The translations under genes and the position numbers were made by a program. A DNA stretch of 64,000 bases, from NCBI GenBank assembly GCA_963725865.1, contig CAVSAC010000014.1:800001-864000 (forward strand), read 5' to 3'. Of the stretch, positions 55,808-64,000 are shown in pieces. This stretch comes from Candidatus Eiseniibacteriota bacterium. GTDB lineage: Bacteria > Eisenbacteria > RBG-16-71-46. The notes under the pieces were generated by a model. That model was not told the DNA's origin. It was given only the letters and a program-made list of their open reading frames with translations, and did no database searches. The first letter of the stretch is position 1. The number at the start of each line of letters is the position of its first letter.

Positions 55808-57238
55808 TCAGGCGGCGAGCGACTCGGAGATGGTCGGGACGCCGTCGGCGACGTCCGCGCCGAGCGCGTCGAGCGCATCGGGGCACAGCCCGGTGCCGCG
55901 GTCCTTCTCCATCAGCCGCAGCGCGACCTCCTCGGGCAGTGCCGGCCGATAGGGCCGCGCGGCGGTGAGCGCCTCGAAGATGTCGGCCACCGCCAGCACC
56001 CGCGACTCCACGGCCAGCGCCTCGCCGCGCAGCCCGCGGTGGTATCCGCGCCCGTCGAGTCGCTCGTGGTGCGCGCCGGCGATCCGCGCGAGATGGCGGA
56101 AGCCGCGCACGTGCTCGAGGATCCGCTGCGTGTAGTACGGATGCATGCGAACGGCGTCCCACTCCGCAGTCGTCAGCGGTCCCGCCTTGTCCAGGATGGC
56201 GTTCGGCAGGGCCAGCTTGCCGATGTCGTGCAGCAGCGCCGCGCGCCGCAAGTCGTCGCGGGCCTCGGGCGGCAGCCCGAGTCGGTCCGCGATCCTCAGC
56301 GCCACGTGGGTGACGCGGCGCGAGTGCTCGGCGGTGAACGGCGATTTCGCGTCGACCGCGTCCGCGAACCCCTGCGCGATGCGATCGAGCGTGCCGGGCC
56401 CGGCGAGCAGCGACGCCCCGCCCGGCTCCGCGTCGCGCACCTCCTCGTGCAGCGCGTGGCCACCGAGCGCCACCAACTCGCTCAGCAGCGGCTCGATGCC
56501 CTGACAGGCATCCACCACGTCGGGATCGAACCAGCGGCCCCTGCGCGAGCGCACCATCTGGAGCGCCAGCGCCGAGCCGCCCGCGCTGGCGTGGACTTCG
56601 AGCGTCTGCGCCACGGCCATGATGCGGGCGAGCCGCGGGATCGATTCCCCGCTCAGGCCGTCCGGCCGGCCGCTGCCGTCCCAGCGCTCGTCGAGCGCGC
56701 GCACCGCCGTCGCCGCGCCGGCTCCGAGCCCCATGCGCTCGACCAGCTCCTCGCCGCGAACGCTGCGCGCCTCGACCATCGCCGCCGCCGCCGCCGCTCC
56801 ACCCTGCACCAGGGCGAACGCGCGCCGCGCGCGCTCGAGCCACGACCGCCCGTGCGCGTCGAGCGCCAGCGCCACGCGCACGGCGCCGAGGCCGCGGGTG
56901 CCATCCACGCGCCGCAGGCGCAGCAGCGCGGCGCGATCGTCACCGCCGAACAGCTCGAACACGCGCGCCGAGCGGCTGGAGCCGCCGACGTCCTTGAGCA
57001 TGAGCGCGTAGTAGAGATCGCGCAGCTCGACCGGCGACAGGTCGAGGCGCTGCGCGATGCGCATGCCGATGAGGCACGAGCGCATCGCGTGTCCCAGCGG
57101 CTGGCTCTCGGCGAGATCGAGCGCGAACGAGAGCGCCGCGAGCACTTCGGAGACCCGGACGGTCTCGTGGTCGGAGCAGGACGGAGTCGCGCGCACGAGC
57201 GGGGCATCGGCAGACCGCGCGGCACGCGCGAGTGGCAA
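55808..57238 (-). CDS. Tandem HD-GYP cyclic-dinucleotide phosphodiesterase (N-terminal copy degenerate)
   Basis: C-domain HS..HDIGK..HP..HHERLDGRGYH..VADIFEAL..RPYR; N-domain KDVG and DERWDGSGRP. Start uncertain. Confidence 0.85.
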   Translation of the reverse strand: MPLARAARSADAPLVRATPSCSDHETVRVSEVLAALSFALDLAESQPLGHAMRSCLIGMRIAQRLDLSPVELRDLYYALMLKDVGGSSRSARVFELFGGDDRAALLRLRRVDGTRGLGAVRVALALDAHGRSWLERARRAFALVQGGAAAAAAMVEARSVRGEELVERMGLGAGAATAVRALDERWDGSGRPDGLSGESIPRLARIMAVAQTLEVHASAGGSALALQMVRSRRGRWFDPDVVDACQGIEPLLSELVALGGHALHEEVRDAEPGGASLLAGPGTLDRIAQGFADAVDAKSPFTAEHSRRVTHVALRIADRLGLPPEARDDLRRAALLHDIGKLALPNAILDKAGPLTTAEWDAVRMHPYYTQRILEHVRGFRHLARIAGAHHERLDGRGYHRGLRGEALAVESRVLAVADIFEALTAARPYRPALPEEVALRLMEKDRGTGLCPDALDALGADVADGVPTISESLAA

Positions 57239-57456
57239 GGTGCGAGAGGCGTTGCGATGTGCACGGAAGCTGCCCGGACCGACCCGCAGCGCGCCTCGCG
57301 GGAGTCACTCCGTGGTCCCACGGACTAGCCGGGGCCCGCCGGAGCGGGATACACTGGGTGCCGGCTTCGACCGAGATCATCCGGTTCCGCTGCGGTCCGC
57401 GGCATGCCCCGGCCCACGCGTCCCGGCCTCGTCCGCAACCCTGTCCAGGAGTCTCC

Positions 57457-59442
57457 ATGGCCCTCGTGCGTCGGACCGCGCCGCTCACGCGCCTCGTCCC
57501 GCTGGTCGCGCTCGCACTGCTGGCCGCCGTCCCCGCCCACGCGCTCAAGGTGGCGACGTGGAACCTGTGGGAGTACCCCACGTCGCTGCTCTCCACGCGC
57601 CAGCCGAACATGCGGATCGTGATGGCGGGGCTCAACCCGGACATCATCATGGTGCAGGAGCTGGCCGAGGACGGCACGAACGCCCCACGGGACACGTTCA
57701 TGAACGTGCTGCGCGCGGCGCTGCCGGCGCGCCACTGGGGGGCGAGCCCGCTGCTCACCGGCACCCAGAGCGTGATCTACTGGGACTCGCTCGCGGTCGA
57801 CGTGTCGAGCTTCACCGCGATCACCACCGGCGGTCCGCGGATGGTGCTGCGCGGGACGGTGAAGCCGCTCGGATACGTGTCGAAGGAGGCCTGGTTCCGG
57901 CTCTACTCGTTCCATCTCAAGGCCGGGAACACCGTCGCCGACGCCAACACCCGCGCCGCCGAGTGCTCGTCGCTGCGCACCTCGATCAACACCGCGAGCA
58001 TCGTCAACTTCGGTCCCAACTTCCTGGTCGGCGGCGACTCCAACTTCTACACCGCCGACGAGGTGGGCTACGTCAACCTCACCCAGTCGGGGACCAACAA
58101 CAACGGGCGTGGCAAGGACCCGCTCACCATGCCGGGCAACTGGCACGTGAACGCGGGCTACGCGATCCACATGACCCAGTGCCCGTGCAACACCGGCTGC
58201 CTCGCGGGCTTCTCGGGCGGCGGGCTCGACGACCGCTTCGACCTCGTCTTCTCGTCCTACTCCATGCAGGACGGGCAGGGCCTCGAATTGGTCCCGTACG
58301 CCAGCGGCGGCTACGGCGCCTACGGCAACGACGGCTTCCATTTCAACGCGAACATCGACGACTTCACCAACTTCGCGGTCGGCCCGATCATCGCGACCGC
58401 GCTCCGCAACGCTTCGGATCACATCCCGGTGTTCGCGATCGTCCAGCTCCCCGCGCGCGTGGTGGCGGCCTCGGCGCTCGACTTCGGCGCCGTGCTGGTG
58501 GGCGCCGGCGTCACGCAGCCGCTGTCGGTGGGCAACGGCGCGGTGGCGCCCGCGGACGGGCTCACCTACTCGCTCGTCGCACCGGCCGGCTTCAGCGCAC
58601 CGGGTGGCACGTTCGAGGCCGCGGCGGGCGCGGCGGCGAACGAGCACCTCGTCGGGCTCGACACCGCCACCCGCGGCAGCCGCAACGACACCCTCACCAT
58701 CCACAGCGACGCGCCGGACTCCAGCGCGAAAGGCGTGCTGCTGAGCGGCACCGTACTCTCGCATGCGGTCCCTTCGCTCGACTCGCTCGCGGTGGTGGTC
58801 GAGGACACGCTCGACCTGGGCGAGCACGCCACCGGCGATTTCGCCGACGGCGCGGTGCGCGTGCACGATCAGGCCTGGGACGCGCTCACCGCGCGGCTGG
58901 CGGTCGGCGCGGCCGACATCGCCGGCGGCGCCGGCCGCTTCTCGCTGGTGGGCGGGTTCTCGCCGCTGCTGATCGGCGGCACCGGGCACGCCTGGCAGGT
59001 GCACTTCGACGCTGCGGGCGCGGTGGCCGACAGCATTTACTCGGCCACGCTCACGTTCACGTGCGCCGACGAGCCCCTGCCGGGCGCCGTCGCCGCGCCG
59101 GCGCTCGTCGTCCACCTGCTCGCGCGGCCGCTCAGCGGCTCGGGGGCGGTGGGCGACGGGCCATCGGCGCTGCGCTTCGCACCGGCGCGGCCGAACCCCT
59201 CGCAGGGAGCGACGCGCTTCGCGTTCGAGCTGCCGCACGCCGCCCCGGTCACGCTGGAGCTGTTCGACCTGTCGGGCCGCCGGGTGGCCACGCTGGCGCA
59301 GGGCGTGATCGACGCGGGCCGTCACGAGGCATGGTGGAACGGTCGCGAGGAGTCCGGAGCGCGCGCCGCCGCGGGGCTCTACTTCGCGCGCTTCGTGACC
59401 CCGGGGCTCACCCGCTCCACACGGTTGGTGCTGCTGCCCTGA
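57457..59442 (+). CDS. Secreted endonuclease/exonuclease/phosphatase-family protein with Ig-like and C-terminal FlgD-like domain
   Basis: Signal peptide, VATWN, DIIMVQE, HLKA, GGDSN, DDRFD, ASDHIPV; C-terminus PNP..LFDLSGRRVATL..WNGR..GLYF. Confidence 0.82.
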   Translation: MALVRRTAPLTRLVPLVALALLAAVPAHALKVATWNLWEYPTSLLSTRQPNMRIVMAGLNPDIIMVQELAEDGTNAPRDTFMNVLRAALPARHWGASPLLTGTQSVIYWDSLAVDVSSFTAITTGGPRMVLRGTVKPLGYVSKEAWFRLYSFHLKAGNTVADANTRAAECSSLRTSINTASIVNFGPNFLVGGDSNFYTADEVGYVNLTQSGTNNNGRGKDPLTMPGNWHVNAGYAIHMTQCPCNTGCLAGFSGGGLDDRFDLVFSSYSMQDGQGLELVPYASGGYGAYGNDGFHFNANIDDFTNFAVGPIIATALRNASDHIPVFAIVQLPARVVAASALDFGAVLVGAGVTQPLSVGNGAVAPADGLTYSLVAPAGFSAPGGTFEAAAGAAANEHLVGLDTATRGSRNDTLTIHSDAPDSSAKGVLLSGTVLSHAVPSLDSLAVVVEDTLDLGEHATGDFADGAVRVHDQAWDALTARLAVGAADIAGGAGRFSLVGGFSPLLIGGTGHAWQVHFDAAGAVADSIYSATLTFTCADEPLPGAVAAPALVVHLLARPLSGSGAVGDGPSALRFAPARPNPSQGATRFAFELPHAAPVTLELFDLSGRRVATLAQGVIDAGRHEAWWNGREESGARAAAGLYFARFVTPGLTRSTRLVLLP

Positions 59443-59655
59443 TCAGACCGGCGGCGCGCCACTGGACCGCGGCGGCGCCGGCTCGTGGCCGCGACACGAG
59501 AGCACCGGGAGCCGCGGATAGCGGGCGAAGCCCGGATCGGTGGCGGCGAGCTCGCAGAGCAGGAAAACGCTGCGCGGGGTGACCACGCGGCGGGCGTGCC
59601 GGCAGGTGCCGCACAGCCCCGGCGAGGTGGGCTCGGACGGCGCGATGGGGTGCAT
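59443..59655 (-). CDS. Small Cys-rich hypothetical protein
   Basis: GLCGTCRH..SVFLLC..RYPRLPVLSCRG; possible metal-binding protein. Confidence 0.55.
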   Translation of the reverse strand: MHPIAPSEPTSPGLCGTCRHARRVVTPRSVFLLCELAATDPGFARYPRLPVLSCRGHEPAPPRSSGAPPV

Positions 59656-59964
59656 GCCCCATCGGATGCGCCTGGCGGCCCAGCGGGGCACGGTCGATGG
59701 AGGTGCGGCGTCCCGGGTTGCGCCGGGCCGCGCGACGTCGGGATGGGGCGGTGCGGCGAGGGTGTCGGGTGCGGCGTCGAGCGGTCCTGCGACCGACAGT
59801 GCGCCGGCAGCCCGAATCCATTGGCGTTCAGCGGGAGATCGGCGATCGGCGTCGGCGAGACTTACAGTTCTTCCGCCCGCCAGCCCCTTGCGGACCGGCT
59901 TCGGAGCCGTTCGCGACCCGCTTGGGCTTTGCCGCGTGGGACGTTACGACACCGGAGTGGTGCG

Positions 59965-59980
59965 CGGTACGCTCCTTGCG
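59965..59980 (+). promoter_or_regulatory. Sigma54 -24/-12 promoter of the PEP-CTERM gene
   Basis: CGGTACG-CTCC-TTGCG (GG-N10-GC); CGT-N11-ACA enhancer-like site at 59850-59866. Confidence 0.6.
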
Positions 59981-60042
59981 TGATGCGGTGATGAAGAGTC
60001 TCCCCCCTCGTCACCCACAGCATTCTCGGAGGTCGGCCCACC

Positions 60043-60360
60043 ATGAAGAAGCTTCTACTCAGCGTCGCAGTCCTTGCCCTGGTCGCAGGGGCCGCCAACG
60101 CTTACACCAGGACCAGCCCCGCTCCCGGCGGTTCGGCCACTTCGCCGAGTGCGGTGAATCCGACCAGCGTGGCCCCGGTGGGTAGTGGCGACGATCCCGA
60201 GGTGTCGATCGGTTCGATGTACCAGAGCGGCGGCGAGATCGACATGCGCCGGCGCAAGAATCCGACCCGTCCGGTTCCCGAGCCTGGCACCATGGCGCTG
60301 GCCTCGATGGGCCTGCTCGCCCTGGGAGCAGCGGCCCGTAAGCGCCGCGCGCGCGGATAG
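60043..60360 (+). CDS. Small PEP-CTERM sorting-domain protein
   Basis: Signal peptide; C-terminal VPEPGT, TM helix and RKRR. Confidence 0.88.
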   Translation: MKKLLLSVAVLALVAGAANAYTRTSPAPGGSATSPSAVNPTSVAPVGSGDDPEVSIGSMYQSGGEIDMRRRKNPTRPVPEPGTMALASMGLLALGAAARKRRARG

Positions 60361-60519
60361 TCGCGCCGATCCAGCCGGCTGGGCCGGACCTGCGGCGGCG
60401 AGAGGGAATCACCTCTCGCCGCCGTCCTTTTGTGCCCGGCACCGGCTCGCGCGGGAGGCGTGCGCGCGTGCGTTAGAATGCCGCGCGATGCTCGCCCTCC
60501 CGACCCCGTCCACCGGCCC

Positions 60520-62640
60520 ATGACCCGTCCCGCCCCGCGAGCGGCGCGCCCCTCGCGCACGCCGCCGGCTGTGCGCCGGACGGCGCCGGCGGGCTGGCTT
60601 GCGCTCCACGGCGCCCCCGCCATCGCACCGGAGCTCGAGCGCTGGTGTGTCGCCCTGGGATGGGTGGTACTCGCCGCCTGCGGCCTGGCGCTGCTCGCGG
60701 TGGCGCTGGGTCCGCATCGCATCGGCGACTACTTCACCGAGACCGACTTCTACGGCGCCTACGCCGCAGGCGCGCGACTGATCCAGCACGGGCACCTGAT
60801 CCCGGCGCGCTACGGCGTGGTCGGGCCCGGCTACGAAGTGGCGCTGGCGCTGGTCGGTGTGGTGATCCGCGATCTGTTCCGCGCCGCCGAGCTGATCTCG
60901 ATCGCCGCCGCGCTCGCCACCGCGTGGCTGTGGACCGACCTGCTGCGCCGGCTTGCCGGCGCGCGGCTGGCGCTGTTCGCGCTGCTGCTCGTGGTCACCA
61001 ACCCCTCGTTCTTCCGCTTCGGCTACTCCGCCACCACCGACGCGCTCGCGCTCGCGCTCCAGACGCTGGCGCTGTGGCTGCTGCTCACGCGCACCGGGCC
61101 GCGCGGGGCGTTCGCGGCCGGGGCCGTCGCGGCGGCGGCGTTCCTGACCCGCTACAGCGCGATCGCGCTGCTGCCGGCCGCGCTGGTGGCGATCGCCGCC
61201 GGCGCGACCGCCGCCCCGCGCCGCGCGCGCGCCGCACTCGCGTTCGCGGCCGGTTTCGCGCTGCCGGTGGTGCCATGGGTGCTGTATTCGCTCGCGCACG
61301 GCGCGGGCTTCTCGTTCCAGCTCCACCACAACATCGCCTTCGAGGTGTTCGCGCGCCCGCGCGGGATCGTGTGGGACGACTACCAGAAGCTGATGCAGCC
61401 GCAGTTCCACTCGCTGTGGGACGTCCTCCGGCGCGACCCCGGCGCGGTCGCCGCGCGCATGGCGTTCAATCTGTTCGACCACCTGCGCCTCGATGGGCGC
61501 GACCTGCTGGGCTGGCCATTCGGCGTCGCGGCGCTGCTGGGGCTCGTGGTCACGCTGGCGGACCGCGGACTGCGGCGGCTCTGGCCGCTGCTGGTGTTCG
61601 GGCTGCTCGGCTTCCTGGTGCTGGTGCCGGTGTTCCACGCCGCGCGCTACTCGCTCGCGCTGCTGCCGGTGTACGCCGCACTCGCCGCCGCCGCGTTCGC
61701 CTCGCCGTGGTGGGCACTCGCGGTCGGCCACGCGCGGCGGGTGCGCCTGAAGACCCTGCTGCTGCTGGCGCCGCTGGCGTACGCCGCGAGCGCCTCGTGG
61801 CAGTCGCAGCGCCACACGCTCGACCAGCTCCCGGTCGAGGTGCTGGACGCCGCCGCCACGCTGCGCGCCGCGGCGCGGCCCGGCGACCGCGTGATCGCGC
61901 GCAAGCCCCACCTGGCGTGGATCGCCGGGGTCGAGGGCCGGCCGTTTCCGTTCGCGGACTCGCTCCCGCAGCTCGCCGACGCCGCACGCCGCGAGCGCGT
62001 GCGCTGGCTCTACGTCTCGTGGCCGGAGGTCGAGACCCGTCCGCGCTTCTGGTACCTGCTCGACACCGCGGCGGTGGTGCCCGGGCTCACGGTGCGGCGC
62101 GTGACGGCGCCGCACCCATCGGTGCTCTACGAGATCGGCCCCGGCTTCGGCGCGGCGCCCGCCTGGATGGCCAACGACACCCTGCTCACCTGGCACACCG
62201 CGCGCGCCCGGCTGCTCGTCAACCCCGACGACGCCGAGCCGCTGTTCCTGCTCGCGCTGGTGGAGATCTCGCACGATCAGGTCGACAGTGCGCAGGTGCA
62301 CCTGGAGCGCAGCGTGAAGCTCGTCCCCGGCCGGGCGGCCGCGTGGCTGCTGCTGGCCGAGATCGCCCTGCGGCGCGGCGACTCGCCCGCCGCCGAGCGC
62401 GCCTGCCGCGGGGCGCTCGCCGCCGATCCGCAGAGCGTCGACGCGCGGGCGGCGCTCGGCTGGGCCAGCCTGGTCGCCGGGCGCCCGCAGGAGGCCGCGG
62501 AGCGCTGGCGACCGGTGGTGCGCGCGGTGCGCGACCCGGGTACGCTGAGGCGCATGGTCGACGTGTTCACCGAGGTGGGGGATCCTGCCGCCGCCGCCGC
62601 GGCGCGGGCATCGCTCGCGCGCGTGGGAGGAGCACCGTGA
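60520..62640 (+). CDS. GT-C (ArnT/PMT-like) membrane glycosyltransferase with C-terminal TPR repeats
   Basis: ETDFYGAY, GPGY, TTDAL, AFLTRY, ARYSL and a TPR-like tail. Start uncertain. Confidence 0.68.
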   Translation: MTRPAPRAARPSRTPPAVRRTAPAGWLALHGAPAIAPELERWCVALGWVVLAACGLALLAVALGPHRIGDYFTETDFYGAYAAGARLIQHGHLIPARYGVVGPGYEVALALVGVVIRDLFRAAELISIAAALATAWLWTDLLRRLAGARLALFALLLVVTNPSFFRFGYSATTDALALALQTLALWLLLTRTGPRGAFAAGAVAAAAFLTRYSAIALLPAALVAIAAGATAAPRRARAALAFAAGFALPVVPWVLYSLAHGAGFSFQLHHNIAFEVFARPRGIVWDDYQKLMQPQFHSLWDVLRRDPGAVAARMAFNLFDHLRLDGRDLLGWPFGVAALLGLVVTLADRGLRRLWPLLVFGLLGFLVLVPVFHAARYSLALLPVYAALAAAAFASPWWALAVGHARRVRLKTLLLLAPLAYAASASWQSQRHTLDQLPVEVLDAAATLRAAARPGDRVIARKPHLAWIAGVEGRPFPFADSLPQLADAARRERVRWLYVSWPEVETRPRFWYLLDTAAVVPGLTVRRVTAPHPSVLYEIGPGFGAAPAWMANDTLLTWHTARARLLVNPDDAEPLFLLALVEISHDQVDSAQVHLERSVKLVPGRAAAWLLLAEIALRRGDSPAAERACRGALAADPQSVDARAALGWASLVAGRPQEAAERWRPVVRAVRDPGTLRRMVDVFTEVGDPAAAAAARASLARVGGAP

Positions 62641-63545
62641 GACATCCGAGCCCGAACGCCGTCCGTCGCAGCCTCTGCGGGTTGCTCGCCGCCGCCGCGG
62701 TCACGCTCGCCTCGTGCGCCGGCACCGCGCACGCGCCCGGCCGCGCGCGGCACGCGGGCTCCGGCGCCGTCACCATGGCCCCCGAGCCCGACTCGGTCAC
62801 CGCGGGGCTGTGGCATCTCGACGAGACCGGTGGCACGCGGGCCGCCGACGCCGGACCGTTCCGGATCGACGGCGTGGCGGGCATCGACACCCGCACCGAC
62901 TTCGGCCGCGTGCGGGGTGCGCGCCACTTCACCCGGTCGGTGGAGTCCTTCCTCACCATGCCCTACAGCCCCGCGTTCGAGCGCGGCAGCGGCCTGACGC
63001 TCGAGGCGTGGATCTATCTCGACGCGTACGGCGACTACGAGGACACCCCGATCGTCGGCCGCTGGTCGCCGGTCGCCAACGACCAGTCGTGGCTGTTCGC
63101 GGTGGTGGGCCGCAACCTGACGCCGCCGCTGGTGGCGCTCCCGAGCCCCGGCTATCACCGCGACCTGGTGAGTCGGGGGCAGCGCGGCCAGCTGCTGTTC
63201 GCGTTCCAGCCGGGCCCCGCCAGTCTGCCGCTGGCGTATGTCAGCAACTCCGTGATCGAGCTGGAGCGCTGGACCCACGTCGCCGTCAGCTACGACGGCG
63301 TCGTGGTGCGCTTCTACATCGACGGCCGCCCCGAGGCGCAGTACGCCAGCCAGGGCAGCATCCGCGAATCGCATGCGCCGCTGATGGTCGGCAACTACCT
63401 CGACCCGCGCTCGCTCACCGACTTCGGCGGCGACTTGCGGGCCGACAACCTGGTCGACCGCAATCCCTACTACGCGTTCCAGGGCCTCATCGACGAGCTG
63501 CGAGTCTCGACCGCCGCGCGCAGCGCGATCGCCCTGAAGCGCTGA
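62637..63545 (+). CDS. LamG/concanavalin-like domain lipoprotein
   Basis: LASC lipobox, GLWHLDE, LTLEAWI, WTHVAVSYDG..FYIDG, FQGLIDELRVS. GTGA overlap. Confidence 0.82.
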   Translation: MRHPSPNAVRRSLCGLLAAAAVTLASCAGTAHAPGRARHAGSGAVTMAPEPDSVTAGLWHLDETGGTRAADAGPFRIDGVAGIDTRTDFGRVRGARHFTRSVESFLTMPYSPAFERGSGLTLEAWIYLDAYGDYEDTPIVGRWSPVANDQSWLFAVVGRNLTPPLVALPSPGYHRDLVSRGQRGQLLFAFQPGPASLPLAYVSNSVIELERWTHVAVSYDGVVVRFYIDGRPEAQYASQGSIRESHAPLMVGNYLDPRSLTDFGGDLRADNLVDRNPYYAFQGLIDELRVSTAARSAIALKR

Positions 63546-63742
63546 CCACACCGATCGGCGGGTACGTCGTGGACGAGTCCGCTCCGAAGTGGGCAGTCGC
63601 GCCGGCACACGAACCGCCGCCGGCGTGCGGCGCCGCGCCTGTGCGCCGCGCGCCGCCGCCGATCATGCGAAGCGGCCCGTTCCTTGCGGGAGCGACCTCC
63701 GGGCCCCGCGATCCGTCCACTCCGCCCTCGCCGGGGCAGCGC

Positions 63743-64000
63743 ATGCGCCGATCCCTGCTGTGCCTGATCGCCCTGCTCGCGACACTTCCACGCGCGGCGG
63801 GCGCCGAGCCCGCGCGCGAGTTGGTGGTGATGCTCTCACCGGCGCGCGGCGACGACGCCCGCGCCTCCGCCGCGCGCGTCCGCGTGGCGCCGCGCTTCGA
63901 GTCCCTCGGCCTCGCGGTGCTCGCGGCACTCGGCGACGGGCTGCCGATGCCGCCCGCCACAGATGGCCCGTTCGGCCTCGATCCCGCGCGCGTGCTGTGC
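63743..64000 (+). CDS. Secreted protein, 5' part only (truncated by the window edge)
   Basis: Hand translation MRRSLLCLIALLATLPRAAGAEPARELVVML.. gives a signal peptide and stays open to the window end. Confidence 0.5.
   Translation, partial: MRRSLLCLIALLATLPRAAGAEPARELVVMLSPARGDDARASAARVRVAPRFESLGLAVLAALGDGLPMPPATDGPFGLDPARVLC

Noticed and set aside
103..63608. Many long alternative-frame and antisense ORFs (e.g. 356-3463, 5197-8940, 25641-29117, 50605-54012)
   Set aside because: Arg/Ala/Gly/Pro-rich shadows of real genes, expected in high-GC DNA; they carry no family motifs.
1..64000. CRISPR arrays, tRNA/rRNA, integrases, transposases, prophage or defence genes
   Set aside because: No regularly spaced repeats or recognisable motifs were seen. 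The recurring TGCCAC strings are simply Cys-His codons of heme motifs.

Overview
Very GC-rich bacterial window, apparently from a diderm (TolC, MtrB porin, lipoproteins, PEP-CTERM). The FlgD-type C-terminal domain and GT-C/TPR proteins resemble Ca. Eisenbacteria-like lineages, but that taxonomy is a guess. The core is a ~34-kb respiratory island (12416-46301). It encodes an MtrA/MtrB-type porin-cytochrome conduit with no MtrC, two convergent Rieske/cytochrome b/nonaheme triplets, an 18-heme NapC/NrfH-type protein and an octaheme + NrfC/NrfD-type module. It also carries two CbcL-like multiheme-c/cytochrome-b fusions (19 and 13 hemes), a tetraheme with a contracted CxCH motif, a diheme cytochrome, a ferredoxin, two different 2-oxoacid:ferredoxin oxidoreductases and a complete apbE-rnfCDGEAB operon. 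I count 92 heme c motifs by hand and see no terminal reductase, oxidase or hydrogenase catalytic subunit. The most striking details are a cytochrome b that has lost both heme bH histidines and the Qi-site residues, an RnfA with a signal peptide plus Ig-like domain, and a RAPP-ending leader ORF ahead of a cusCBA copper-efflux operon. Flanking genes include a cation/H+ antiporter, two GT-C/TPR proteins, MscS, a PAS kinase/NtrC-family pair, class II RNR (nrdJ), a Ca2+/H+ exchanger, an HD-GYP protein, a secreted EEP-family protein, a tiny PEP-CTERM protein and a LamG lipoprotein. No rRNA, tRNA, CRISPR array or transposase was recognised. All calls come from reading motifs by eye, with no database searches.
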